A stretch of 64,000 nt of DNA from Synechococcus sp. Its GTDB lineage: Bacteria > Cyanobacteriota > Cyanobacteriia > PCC-6307 > Cyanobiaceae. The position numbers and the translations under genes are program-made. Location of the stretch: contig JBJBCN010000003.1 in assembly GCA_047285805.1 (NCBI GenBank), forward strand, positions 480,001 to 544,000, in the 5' to 3' direction. Within the stretch, counting starts at the first letter, position 1. Each line of letters begins with the position of its first letter. Positions 52,957 to 62,735 of the stretch are shown here, in pieces. The notes below the pieces were generated by a model. It ran no database searches, was not told the origin of the DNA, and worked only from the letters and a program-made list of their open reading frames with translations.

Positions 52957-54552
52957 ATGTCAGACGTGACTCCAACCTCGATCGGTGAAACCAATCGTCA
53001 TCCGGCGATTGTGATCCTTGATTTTGGTTCTCAATATTCTGAGTTGATCGCCCGTCGGGTGAGGGAAACCGAGGTGTATTCCCTGGTGATGGGGTACTCC
53101 ACTAGTGCGGCTGAACTAAAGGCGCTTAATCCCAAGGGGATCATCCTCAGTGGTGGTCCCAGTTCGGTTTATGCGGACCATGCCCCGAAGTGCGATCCCG
53201 GAATTTGGGATCTGGGTATTCCGGTGCTGGGTGTCTGCTACGGCATGCAGCTGATGGTTCAACAGCTGGGTGGCTCTGTGGTGGCTGCCGGCCGCGCTGA
53301 ATACGGCAAGGCGCCTCTGTTTGTCGATGACCCCACCGACCTGCTCACGAACGTGGACGAGGGTTCGACGATGTGGATGAGCCATGGCGACTCCGTGCAG
53401 CGCCTGCCCGAGGGCTTTGTCCGCTTAGCCCACACCGACAACACGCCTGAAGCGGCGGTTGCCGACCATCAGCGCCGTCTCTATGGCGTTCAGTTCCACC
53501 CGGAGGTGGTGCATTCCGAGTGCGGAATGGCCCTGATCAGAAACTTCGTCTATCACGTTTGCGGTTGTCTGCCGGACTGGACCACGGCGGCCTTTATCGA
53601 TGAGGCGGTCGCGGATGTGCGCCGTCAGGTCGGGGATAAGCGCGTTCTGCTCGCCCTCTCCGGTGGTGTCGACTCCTCCACCCTCGCCTTCCTACTGCAC
53701 AAGGCGATTGGTGATCAGTTGACCTGCATGTTCATCGACCAGGGCTTCATGCGGAAGGGTGAGCCCGAGTTCTTGATGGACTTCTTCGACAAGCAGTTTC
53801 ACATCCGGGTCGAATACATCAATGCCCGCGAGCGCTTCATCAACAAACTCGCGGGTGTCACTGACCCCGAGGAAAAGCGCAAGTTGATTGGCACCGAATT
53901 CATTCGGGTCTTCGAAGAAGAGAGCAAGCGCCTGGGCCCCTTCGACTACCTGGCCCAGGGCACGCTCTATCCGGATGTGATCGAGAGCGCTGGCACCAAC
54001 GTCGATCCCAAGACGGGTGAACGGGTGGCCGTGAAGATCAAGAGCCACCACAATGTGGGCGGCTTGCCCAAGGACCTCCAGTTCAAGTTGGTGGAGCCCC
54101 TGCGGCGTCTGTTTAAGGACGAGGTCCGAAAGGTGGGCCGCACTCTGGGACTTCCCGAGGAGATCGTCGGCCGCCATCCCTTCCCCGGTCCTGGTCTGGC
54201 GATCCGCATCCTTGGTGAGGTGACCGACGACAAGCTCGACATTCTTCGGGATGCCGATCTGGTGGTGCGCGAGGAAGTCAAGGCCGCGGGGCTGTATCAC
54301 GACATTTGGCAGGCCTTCGCGGTGCTGCTGCCGGTGCGCAGTGTCGGCGTGATGGGTGACAAGCGCACCTATGCCTTCCCCGTTGTTCTGCGCTGCGTCT
54401 CCTCGGAAGACGGCATGACGGCCGATTGGTCCCGTCTCCCCTACGACCTGCTGGAGAAGATCTCCAACCGGATTGTCAACGAGGTGAAAGGGGTTAACCG
54501 GGTCGTGCTTGACATCACCAGCAAGCCCCCCGGCACGATCGAGTGGGAATAA
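52957..54552 (+). CDS. guaA: GMP synthase (glutamine-hydrolysing)
   Basis: [39 protein letters not shown]. Confidence 0.98.
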   Translation: MSDVTPTSIGETNRHPAIVILDFGSQYSELIARRVRETEVYSLVMGYSTSAAELKALNPKGIILSGGPSSVYADHAPKCDPGIWDLGIPVLGVCYGMQLMVQQLGGSVVAAGRAEYGKAPLFVDDPTDLLTNVDEGSTMWMSHGDSVQRLPEGFVRLAHTDNTPEAAVADHQRRLYGVQFHPEVVHSECGMALIRNFVYHVCGCLPDWTTAAFIDEAVADVRRQVGDKRVLLALSGGVDSSTLAFLLHKAIGDQLTCMFIDQGFMRKGEPEFLMDFFDKQFHIRVEYINARERFINKLAGVTDPEEKRKLIGTEFIRVFEEESKRLGPFDYLAQGTLYPDVIESAGTNVDPKTGERVAVKIKSHHNVGGLPKDLQFKLVEPLRRLFKDEVRKVGRTLGLPEEIVGRHPFPGPGLAIRILGEVTDDKLDILRDADLVVREEVKAAGLYHDIWQAFAVLLPVRSVGVMGDKRTYAFPVVLRCVSSEDGMTADWSRLPYDLLEKISNRIVNEVKGVNRVVLDITSKPPGTIEWE

Positions 54553-54621
54553 TTACCGCGCGCTGAACCATGGCCTTGGCCGGGTGACTCCGTTACCCTC
54601 GGGGCCCCCGGCCCAGGAGCC

Positions 54622-55233
54622 TTGACCGCCGCCCCTCAGCAGGACATCCAGCTGCAGCGCCGCCTTCAGCAGGACAGCATTCAGCTGGCAGGGAAGGTGG
54701 TGTATCTCAACCCCTTTCTCTATTGGCGTCGTTTTGACGCCAATACCGACCGTTGGTTGAGGGAGCCTGGCCAACTGGCGGAAGACCAGATCACGACTAA
54801 CCGGGTGCGCTTCTACCCCGAGTTGGACTGGGAACTCCTCAGCGAGAACGACCGTGCCGTCAAGGACGGTGCCGTTGAGATGTTCCTGAAGAGCCTGGAG
54901 CTGATCAGCACCTTTAACCCTGAGCTCACCCCTGGTCAGCTGCTGGAGGTCGAGCGCAAGATGGCCGTCACGAAGAAAAAGGCCTTTGAGCGCTGGGTCT
55001 CAAGGTCCCTGAGGCGTCGCTTTCAGCAGGAAGCTAGCGAGCGTCGCCGCTTCGATCGCGAGCGCTTGGTGCGTGACTGGAGCGAGTGGATGGTGCTGCC
55101 GGTCACCCGCCAGGCCCTGCTCCCCCTCTCAGCCCTGATGGTGATCTCGGTCGGTGCGGGTTGGTGGCTGGGGTCCCAGCAGTTTTGCCGTCAGCAGATC
55201 GTCCAGCCCGCCATTTCGCGCAGCGCGCTCTAG
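54622..55233 (+). CDS. hypothetical protein with C-terminal TM segment
   Basis: 203-aa ORF, YLNPFLYWRRFDANTDRWLREPGQ; host codon usage. Confidence 0.8.
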   Translation: MTAAPQQDIQLQRRLQQDSIQLAGKVVYLNPFLYWRRFDANTDRWLREPGQLAEDQITTNRVRFYPELDWELLSENDRAVKDGAVEMFLKSLELISTFNPELTPGQLLEVERKMAVTKKKAFERWVSRSLRRRFQQEASERRRFDRERLVRDWSEWMVLPVTRQALLPLSALMVISVGAGWWLGSQQFCRQQIVQPAISRSAL

Positions 55234-55287
55234 GTCAGCCAGATCGCTGATCAGGCGCCAGACTGAGTGCACTCATTGCCTCGCTTC

Positions 55288-55647
55288 ATGGGCTCCGACC
55301 CCCTAGACAGCCTGCGCTTGACCCTGATGCAGGACGTCCTTCCCGTTGGGATGGCTGTGGTCGAGCGGGCAAAACGTGGCGGTGCCCGTGATGTGGCGGA
55401 TGCGTTCTCGAAAGGTCCAGATGGCCTGAGCGCACTTCGGGAGGAAGGCGCGGATGCGGCCCGTCAGGTCCGTGAGCGGCTCGATCAGATTCAGCCTGGC
55501 TTGGGCAACCCGGTGATGAAGGTGCAGGTGAGCGATGTGCCGGTCGAACCGGCCCTAGATGCCGGGGAAGAGGAGTTGCAGCTTGCCTTGACCAGGATCT
55601 CTGAGCGGTTGACGTTGCTCGAGGAACGGCTCACCGAAGGGAGCTGA
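55288..55647 (+). CDS. hypothetical protein
   Basis: LRLTLMQDVLPVGMAVVERA...PGLGNPVM. Confidence 0.75.
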   Translation: MGSDPLDSLRLTLMQDVLPVGMAVVERAKRGGARDVADAFSKGPDGLSALREEGADAARQVRERLDQIQPGLGNPVMKVQVSDVPVEPALDAGEEELQLALTRISERLTLLEERLTEGS

Positions 55648-55657
55648 ACCCTTGGCT

Positions 55658-57445
55658 ATGGCGTCCAATCCTCATCGCAGTGCCGGTCTACAGAGGCAGC
55701 CTGCGATCCTCTTGGGGTTGGTGCTCTTCTTCGCGTCGGCGATGGTCCTGCGCCTCGGTTGGCTGCAGCTCCTGCATGGCAGTGAAAACCGGGAGCGGGC
55801 CGACGAAAATCGCATCCGCTTGCTGGCTCGGAATCCCGTGCGCGGTCGGATCCTGGATCGCTATGGCCAGGTCCTGGTCTCCAGTCGTCTGATATACAGC
55901 CTCTATCTGCAGCCCAAGGATCTTCCGAAGGGGTCCTGGCCCGGGTTGCGGGATCGGCTCAGTGGCTTGTTGAACATCCCACAGAAACAACTGGAGCAGC
56001 GCAGGCGTCGGGGGCCTGGCAAGCAGGAATACCGAATAGAGCTTGCCAGTGAACTGACGCCAGAGCAGGTGCTGCGCTTCCGCGAGCAGGCCAGTGACTT
56101 GAGGGGCGCCCAGGTGGATCTGGACGTTGTGCGCAGCTATCCCCATGGCTCGCTCGGGGCCCACACCTTGGGCTACACCCAGCCGATCACCGAGCAGGAA
56201 TACAAGCTTCTGGCGAAGCGGGGCTACAAGATTCGCGACCGCATCGGTCGCATCGGCGTGGAGGCCGCCTACGAGAAACACCTGCGCGGCACCTGGGGCG
56301 GCCAGATGGTCGAGGTCAACGCCATGGGTGAGATTCAGCGTGTCCTCGGTGATCGACCCTCCAAGGCCGGCAAAGATCTGGTGGTGACCTTGGATCTGCC
56401 GCTGCAGAGGGCGGCTGAGGCCGCCCTCAAGGGCAAGCCGGGGGGAGCCATCGTTGCCCTCAAGCCCAGAACGGGGGCGATCTTGGCGCTCGCTAGTCGC
56501 CCAACTTTCAATCCCAACTTCTTCTCGAAGACCGTCACCACCCAGCGGGAGTACGACGCCTTATTTGCCTCGCCATCGAAACCGCTCTTCAGCCGGGCCA
56601 TGAATGCCTACGATCCCGGCAGCACCTGGAAGCCAGTGACCGCCTTCGCCGGGATGGCCTCCGGCAAGTTTCCGCCCAACATCAAGTTGATGACCCGCGC
56701 CTGCATCACCTATGGCGGGCACTGCTTCCCGGACCACAACGGCGCCGGGTTTGGCTTGATCGGCTACGAGGATGCCTTGCGCTTCTCGAGCAACACCTTC
56801 TATTACCAAATCGGCGTTGGGGTGGGCTCGATGCCGCTTTATGACGCCGCCGTGAAGTTGGGCTTCACGAAGTCCACCGGCATTGAGATCGGCTACGAGG
56901 AAAGCACCGGTCTGGTGGGCAACGAGCAGTGGGCCGCGAAGGGGCGGACCTGGGGCAAGCCCGGCACCACCCCCTGGATCCCCGAGGACATGGCGAGCAT
57001 GTCCATCGGTCAGTCCGTGGTTCAGGTCACCCCCCTGCAGCTGGCTCGGGCCTATGCCGTCTTTGCCAATGGCGGCTATTTGATCACCCCGCATCTCGTC
57101 GATCGCGGCTTGGATTGGACGGCACTGCCGCGGCGCACCAAGGTGGACATTAAGCCCTCCACCTTGGCCACGATTACGCGTGGTTTGCGCAAGGTGGTCC
57201 AAGAGGGCACCGGGTATGCCATGAACCAAGCGGCGGAGTTGCCTCCTGTCGCCGGCAAAACTGGCACGGCCGAGGACAGCACGGGAGGACCTGACCACGC
57301 CTGGTTTGCCTGCTTTGCCCCTTATCCGCATGGGGAGATCGTCGTGGTTGCCTTTGCCCAGAACACCCCAGGCGGTGGTTCAGTACACGCGCTCCCCATG
57401 GCCCGTCAGGTGCTGCAGGTCTGGGCTCAGCAACGCAGCCGCTAG
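55658..57445 (+). CDS. mrdA: penicillin-binding protein 2
   Basis: RGRILDR, PGSTWK (SxxK), SSN (SxN), KTGTAE. Confidence 0.93.
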   Translation: MASNPHRSAGLQRQPAILLGLVLFFASAMVLRLGWLQLLHGSENRERADENRIRLLARNPVRGRILDRYGQVLVSSRLIYSLYLQPKDLPKGSWPGLRDRLSGLLNIPQKQLEQRRRRGPGKQEYRIELASELTPEQVLRFREQASDLRGAQVDLDVVRSYPHGSLGAHTLGYTQPITEQEYKLLAKRGYKIRDRIGRIGVEAAYEKHLRGTWGGQMVEVNAMGEIQRVLGDRPSKAGKDLVVTLDLPLQRAAEAALKGKPGGAIVALKPRTGAILALASRPTFNPNFFSKTVTTQREYDALFASPSKPLFSRAMNAYDPGSTWKPVTAFAGMASGKFPPNIKLMTRACITYGGHCFPDHNGAGFGLIGYEDALRFSSNTFYYQIGVGVGSMPLYDAAVKLGFTKSTGIEIGYEESTGLVGNEQWAAKGRTWGKPGTTPWIPEDMASMSIGQSVVQVTPLQLARAYAVFANGGYLITPHLVDRGLDWTALPRRTKVDIKPSTLATITRGLRKVVQEGTGYAMNQAAELPPVAGKTGTAEDSTGGPDHAWFACFAPYPHGEIVVVAFAQNTPGGGSVHALPMARQVLQVWAQQRSR

Positions 57446-58587
57446 GCCAGGCTCGGGGCTGGGGCTTGCAGCACTTGCCAGTAAAAGCCACGCAGTTGCT
57501 CGGTCGCTCCCGCCCAGCCCCAACGCTCGGCTTCCTCTCGGGCATTCTGGCGCAGTTGCTCTCGCTCTCCGGGATCGCCGAGTAGACGTTGGGTGGCCGC
57601 GGTCAGGCTTCCGGCACCGCCATCGGCTCCATCGGGTTCATAGAGACAGCCGTTGACCCCATCGCTGACGATGTCGGGGATGCCGCCCCGGTTGGCGCCC
57701 ACCACCGGGCAGCCCGCCGCCATGGCCTCGAGCAGCACCAAGCCCAGGGTCTCGGTGCTGCTGGGGAAGAGGAAAGCATCGGCGCTGGCATAGGCACTGG
57801 CAAGCTCCTCGCCGGCCAGGTAACCCACGAAGTTGGTCGCACTGCCGGCGAACAGGGTCTCGAGCTGTTGTCGGTAGGGGCCATCTCCCACGAGCGCCAA
57901 GCGGGCATCGGGCATGGCATCCAGCACAGGGCGGATGCGCTCGATCTGTTTTTCGGCGGAGAGGCGACCGATGTAGAGCAGCAGCTTGCCGGTGTCGCTG
58001 CGACCCGCCAATAGCCGCTCACGCATGGCCTGGTTGCGGAGCTCCGGGCGGAACAGGTCCGTGTCGACCCCACGTTGCCAGAGATCGGTGTGCTGGATTC
58101 CCTTCTCGCTCAGCTCGGCCACCATCGCCGTGGAGGTGCAGAGGTTCAGCTGCGCCTGGTTGTGGGCCATCTTCAGCAGTTCCCACAGCACCGACTCAAG
58201 CATCCCGAGACCGTAGTGCTCCAAGTACTTGGGCAGGTGGGTGTGATAGCTGGCCACCAGGGGATAGCCCTTGGTCTTGGCCAACCAGATCCCCCCCAAG
58301 CCCAGGACAGCGGGGTTGACCACGTGCACCAGGTCAGGCCCAAAGGCCTCGAGTGCCTCGGAGACCGATGGGCGAGGGAGCGCCAGCTTGAGCTCCGGAT
58401 ACAGGGGCATGGGCATGGCCGGAACGCCCACCACCTGTGCGCCCATGTAGCTCTCGGGTGCCCCCTCGGGGCAGAAAATCATTACCTCATCACCGGCCGC
58501 CACCAGGTGCTGCACCGTTTTGGTGAGCCGGGTGACAATCCCATCAACCTTCGGCAGGAAGGTCTCGGTGAAGAGGGCGATTTTCAA
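57442..58587 (-). CDS. sqdX: sulfoquinovosyltransferase (GT4)
   Basis: FTETFLPKVDGIV, ETLGLVLLEAMA; adjacent to sqdB. Confidence 0.92.
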   Translation of the reverse strand: MKIALFTETFLPKVDGIVTRLTKTVQHLVAAGDEVMIFCPEGAPESYMGAQVVGVPAMPMPLYPELKLALPRPSVSEALEAFGPDLVHVVNPAVLGLGGIWLAKTKGYPLVASYHTHLPKYLEHYGLGMLESVLWELLKMAHNQAQLNLCTSTAMVAELSEKGIQHTDLWQRGVDTDLFRPELRNQAMRERLLAGRSDTGKLLLYIGRLSAEKQIERIRPVLDAMPDARLALVGDGPYRQQLETLFAGSATNFVGYLAGEELASAYASADAFLFPSSTETLGLVLLEAMAAGCPVVGANRGGIPDIVSDGVNGCLYEPDGADGGAGSLTAATQRLLGDPGEREQLRQNAREEAERWGWAGATEQLRGFYWQVLQAPAPSLA

Positions 58588-58592
58588 GGCAA

Positions 58593-59786
58593 TCAGGCAG
58601 CCTTAATTGCTTGCTCCTGGGTTTTGGTCCAGGCCGAGGTGCAGAGTATGCGGTTGCGGTCGCAGCGGTCCGCGTAGCGGGTGGCGATGTCCACCACTTC
58701 CTTCAGCAGACCGTCATCAAGGGTGGTGGGGTTGAGGCCCAGCTCGATAAAGCAGCGGTTGTCGACGATCAGATCGTTCTCCACAGCCTCGTTGCGGGGG
58801 TTGGGGAGGTTGTTGACCTGGGCACCGGTGAGGGCGGCGATCTTCTTGGCCAGTTCACCCACCTGATGGCTTTCGGTCATCTGGTTAAAGATCTTGACCC
58901 GTTCGCCCTTGGTGGGGGGGTTCTCGAGGGCCAGTTGGACGCACTTCACCGAGTCACGGATGTGAATGAAGGCCCGGGTTTGGCCGCCCGTGCCATGCAC
59001 GGTCAGGGGGTAGCCGATGGCCGCCTGCATAAGGAAGCGGTTCAGAACCGTGCCGTAGTCCCCGTCGTAGTCGAAGCGGTTCGTCAGGCGAGGGTCACGG
59101 TCGGTGGCATCGGTGTTGGTGCCCCAGACGATGCCCTGGTGCAGGTCGGTGATGCGGACCTGGTCGTTCTTGTTGTAGTAGAGGAAGAGAAGTTGATCCA
59201 GCGTCTTAGTCATGTGATAGACGCTGCCTGGGCTCGCCGGGTGGAGGATCTCCTCCTCGAAACGGCTGCCGTCGGGCTGGGGAACCTCAACCTTCAGGTA
59301 GCCCTCTGGGATGGTGGCGCCGCGGTGGGAGCCATAGCCGTACACGCCCATGGTGCCGAGGTGCACCACGTGACAATCCAGGCCGCTCTCGACGATGGCC
59401 GCCAGCAGGTTGTGGGTGCCGTTGACGTTGTTGTCGACGGTGTAGCGCTTGGTCGCGCTGCTCTTCATCGAGTAGGGAGCGGCCCGCTGTTCGGCAAAGT
59501 GAACGACCGAGTCAGGACGCTCAGCTACCAGCAGATCGACTAATCGCTGATATTCGTGGGCGATGTCCATGTGCACGAAGTGCATGGGCTTGCCGCCAAT
59601 TTCTTCCCAGGCCTTCAGGCGCTCGCCAATGCTGGAGATGGGAGTCAAGGACTCCACCTCCAAATCAATATCGATCTTGCGGCGGCTCAGGTTGTCGACG
59701 ATGACCACATCGTGGCCCTGGTCGGCCAGGTTCACGGCACAAGGCCAGCCACAGAAGCCGTCACCGCCGAGAACGAAAACCTTCAC
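58593..59786 (-). CDS. sqdB: UDP-sulfoquinovose synthase
   Basis: GGDGFCGW, HFAEQRAAPYSM, HLGTMGVYG, YHMTK. Confidence 0.96.
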   Translation of the reverse strand: MKVFVLGGDGFCGWPCAVNLADQGHDVVIVDNLSRRKIDIDLEVESLTPISSIGERLKAWEEIGGKPMHFVHMDIAHEYQRLVDLLVAERPDSVVHFAEQRAAPYSMKSSATKRYTVDNNVNGTHNLLAAIVESGLDCHVVHLGTMGVYGYGSHRGATIPEGYLKVEVPQPDGSRFEEEILHPASPGSVYHMTKTLDQLLFLYYNKNDQVRITDLHQGIVWGTNTDATDRDPRLTNRFDYDGDYGTVLNRFLMQAAIGYPLTVHGTGGQTRAFIHIRDSVKCVQLALENPPTKGERVKIFNQMTESHQVGELAKKIAALTGAQVNNLPNPRNEAVENDLIVDNRCFIELGLNPTTLDDGLLKEVVDIATRYADRCDRNRILCTSAWTKTQEQAIKAA

Positions 59787-59842
59787 CGCTGGACTCCTGC
59801 TGAACGAGCACTTGCTCCGTCAGGGCAAGCTACTACAGGGAT

Positions 59843-60010
59843 TCAGCTGATTCCTACCGCAACGGCCATCATCAGGATCACCAGCAGCGCGCCGCCGATC
59901 AGGAGCACTTTGCTGTTGGCGCCACGGGCTTCACCGGCCTCGATCACCTCCATCCGGGGTTCTTTGGCAAAGGCATTCAGCCGGCCGCCGTCCTCTTCTG
60001 TGACCTGCAT
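59843..60010 (-). CDS. psb34: photosystem II assembly factor Psb34 (Ssl1498 family), 55 aa, missing from the ORF track
   Basis: own translation MQVTEEDGGRLNAFAKEPRMEVIEAGEARGANSKVLLIGGALLVILMMAVAVGIS. Confidence 0.85.
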   Translation of the reverse strand: MQVTEEDGGRLNAFAKEPRMEVIEAGEARGANSKVLLIGGALLVILMMAVAVGIS

Positions 60011-60079
60011 CGCCGTAGCACGTGGTTCAGGCGACAGTAAGGACGAAGTGGCGGATTGAATCGCCGCTTTGCAGAAGCT

Positions 60080-60892
60080 TTATGTGCCGATGCGTCCGCC
60101 CGTCGGTGAACTGGGGCTGGCTTCCCCACGCACGGGGAGACGGCCGGCATGGAAGGCGGTGCGTCCGGCTTCACAGGCCATGGCCATCGCCCGGGCCATT
60201 GCCGCTGGATTTCCTGCCAGGGCTATGGCGCTGTTGATGAGTAGTGCATCGGCCCCCATCTCCATGGCCTGGGCGGCTTCGCTGGGGACCCCTAAGCCCG
60301 CATCGACGACCACGGGAACAGAGGCGTTCTCAATGATCAGAGCGATGTTGGCGGCATTACGGATCCCTTGCCCGGAGCCGATGGGGGAGCCCAGCGGCAT
60401 CACGGTGGCGCAGCCGGCCTCCTCAAGGCGCTTGGCCAGCAAAGGATCGGCATTGATGTAGGGCAGCACGGTGAAGCCTTCCTTCACCAGCTGTTCTGCC
60501 GCTTCCAAGGTCCCGATCGGATCCGGCAGGAGGTGCTTCGAGTCTGGGATCACCTCGAGTTTCACGAAGGTGTTTTCCTCCTGACCGGCCAATTTCGCCA
60601 GTTCGCGCCCCAGCCGGGCGACGCGGATGGCTTCTTCGGCTGTGGCGCAACCAGCGGTGTTGGGCAGCATCCAGATGCGGCTCCAATCCACCGCTTCCAT
60701 CAGACCTTCATGGCCTGCGGCCTGGGACTGCACCCGCCGAACCGCCACGGTCACGATCTCGCAGGCACTGGATTCAAGGCTGGCCTGCATCGCGTCCAGG
60801 CTGGGATATTTGCCCGTGCCCGTCATCAAGCGGCTGCTGAAGTGTCGACCGCCGATGATCAGGTCGTCAGCGTGCAGCGGCTCTGCAGACAA
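60080..60892 (-). CDS. thiG: thiazole synthase
   Basis: [36 protein letters not shown]; start uncertain (TTG 60892 or ATG 60955). Confidence 0.96.
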   Translation of the reverse strand: MSAEPLHADDLIIGGRHFSSRLMTGTGKYPSLDAMQASLESSACEIVTVAVRRVQSQAAGHEGLMEAVDWSRIWMLPNTAGCATAEEAIRVARLGRELAKLAGQEENTFVKLEVIPDSKHLLPDPIGTLEAAEQLVKEGFTVLPYINADPLLAKRLEEAGCATVMPLGSPIGSGQGIRNAANIALIIENASVPVVVDAGLGVPSEAAQAMEMGADALLINSAIALAGNPAAMARAMAMACEAGRTAFHAGRLPVRGEASPSSPTGGRIGT

Positions 60893-60983
60893 GGGGATGC
60901 GATCAGCTGTGCTGAGACCGTACCGCGCAGGCCTGTTGTTTTCAGCCTGGATCATTAACGTGGGACTACTTGATGGCGCGACC

Positions 60984-61487
60984 GTGATTCCGTTGCTGTT
61001 GGCTGCGCTGCCGTTGTCCACCGAGGCTGTCGCTCCCAGTCAGAGCACCCCGCTGCAGGAAAACTTCGGAATGGCGGCCATCGTGCGCCAATTCGATCCC
61101 TTAGCGCGAGCGGAGCAATTGGTGCAAGACCTCCCTCGGGCTTGGTCTGGGAGCTACACCCCCTTCGGCCCTGGCGAGGCGGCCAGTGTCCGCCTGACCC
61201 TCTCGTCTCTCAAGGCCCTCGGCCAGATGGTGGATGTGCGGGGTGAGATCACTCTCGGCTCCACCAGGATTCAGGTTCAGGGCAACTTGAATGCCGCCTC
61301 GGATCAATTGGATTTGCTGCTGCTGGGCGACTACCCCGGCTCTGATCTTCAGAGCGGTGGCTACTTCAATGGCCTTCAGGGGTTCACGCTGGTTGGCTGG
61401 TCGGCTCCTCGGTTGACCAATCCCGGTGGTCAGCTGGTGATGACTCCAGACACCACCGCAGCTCCGGCAATTAGCGGTCTTTGGTGA
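60984..61487 (+). CDS. hypothetical exported protein
   Basis: GTG start, signal-like [11 protein letters not shown], beta-rich body. Confidence 0.7.
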   Translation: MIPLLLAALPLSTEAVAPSQSTPLQENFGMAAIVRQFDPLARAEQLVQDLPRAWSGSYTPFGPGEAASVRLTLSSLKALGQMVDVRGEITLGSTRIQVQGNLNAASDQLDLLLLGDYPGSDLQSGGYFNGLQGFTLVGWSAPRLTNPGGQLVMTPDTTAAPAISGLW

Positions 61488-61488
61488 C

Positions 61489-62010
61489 CTAGGCGGCGGT
61501 GCGTTCCAGACGCTTGAGCCGTCGCTTGGCTGTCTTGTTGGCCGCGTCGATTTCAAGGACCTTGGCGTAGGTCTCTATGGCCTCGTCGCTTTTCTGCTGT
61601 TTTTCCAGCGCAAACGCCAGGTTGTTGAGGGCGACGGGGTAGTCCGACTTCGCCCGCAGGGCAGCGCGGTAGTGCTTGATCGCGCCGTTGTAGTTGCTTT
61701 GGGCCGCTAGGGCGAAGCCCAGGGCGTTCTCGATTAAGGCCTGCGCCTCGCTCGGCTCACCGCTGGCGCGTTTGGCGGCCAACTTCAAATTTTCAGTGGC
61801 CTGGCCATAGAGGCGCTTCCGCAGCTGGACGGAAGCCAGTTCGTAGAGATCGCCGGCACTCTTCTCGCTTCCCTTCGCTTGGGCTTCGAGTCGCGCGAGG
61901 GCGGATTCGTCGCGGCGGACCCGCAGGATCTGGCGGGCGACAAGGACCGAGGCCGTGCCCAGCAACAACAAAAGCCCAACCAGGTAGGCCTGTGGGAGTG
62001 AAACATCCAT
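61489..62010 (-). CDS. TPR protein, Ycf37-like photosystem I assembly factor
   Basis: N-terminal TM helix plus TPR repeats; lies next to rplT. Confidence 0.8.
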   Translation of the reverse strand: MDVSLPQAYLVGLLLLLGTASVLVARQILRVRRDESALARLEAQAKGSEKSAGDLYELASVQLRKRLYGQATENLKLAAKRASGEPSEAQALIENALGFALAAQSNYNGAIKHYRAALRAKSDYPVALNNLAFALEKQQKSDEAIETYAKVLEIDAANKTAKRRLKRLERTAA

Positions 62011-62051
62011 GGACCGACCGGGTTGGGCTTAGTTGTGTTTGAAGGGGGCGA

Positions 62052-62399
62052 TCAGCTCTTGGCGGCGCCTACGACAGTGGCGAAGCTGGTGGGATCCAGT
62101 ACAGCCAGCTGGGCCAGCATCTTGCGGTTCAGCTGCACGTCAGCCTTCTTGAGGCCACCGATCAGACGGCTGTAGCTCACGCCGTTCAGGCGAGCAGCGG
62201 CGTTGATACGGGCGATCCAGAGGCGCCGGAAGTCGCGCTTCCGGCGCCGACGGTCGCGGTAGGCGTTGCAGAGCGCCTTCATCACCCGCTGGTTGGCGGT
62301 CCGGAACAGGGTGCCGTTGCCACCGCGGAAGCCACGCGCCAGGCGAAGGATCTTGTTGCGGCGTTTGCGGGCGACGTTGCCCCTCTTAACGCGGGCCAT
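62052..62399 (-). CDS. rplT: 50S ribosomal protein L20
   Basis: MARVKRG...[14 protein letters not shown]. Confidence 0.99.
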   Translation of the reverse strand: MARVKRGNVARKRRNKILRLARGFRGGNGTLFRTANQRVMKALCNAYRDRRRRKRDFRRLWIARINAAARLNGVSYSRLIGGLKKADVQLNRKMLAQLAVLDPTSFATVVGAAKS

Positions 62400-62445
62400 G
62401 AATGGTTCTCAGTAAGTGTTGAAACAGCTAGGGAAGTGAAGCGAT

Positions 62446-62643
62446 TCAGCTGTAGGGGAGCATCGCCTTCACGTTGTCCGCGTCGCGCTCGTCGACCACG
62501 GCCATGGTGCCGAGGAAGCGCTTGCGCTTAGGGCTCTTGTGATCGAGCAGGTGGTTGCGGAAAGCGTGGCGGCGCATGAACTTCCCGCTGCCGGTCGCTT
62601 TGAACCGCTTGGCGGCTGCTTTGCGGGTCTTGAGCTTCGGCAT
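62446..62643 (-). CDS. rpmI: 50S ribosomal protein L35
   Basis: [15 protein letters not shown]. Confidence 0.99.
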   Translation of the reverse strand: MPKLKTRKAAAKRFKATGSGKFMRRHAFRNHLLDHKSPKRKRFLGTMAVVDERDADNVKAMLPYS

Positions 62644-62735
62644 TTTCTACGCGCTCGTGCACAAACGACGACAGTAAGACTTCAGAGTGCCTTCCGCCAA
62701 CTCCCCCTAGGGTTTGTCCTGGATCAAGTCCGGTC

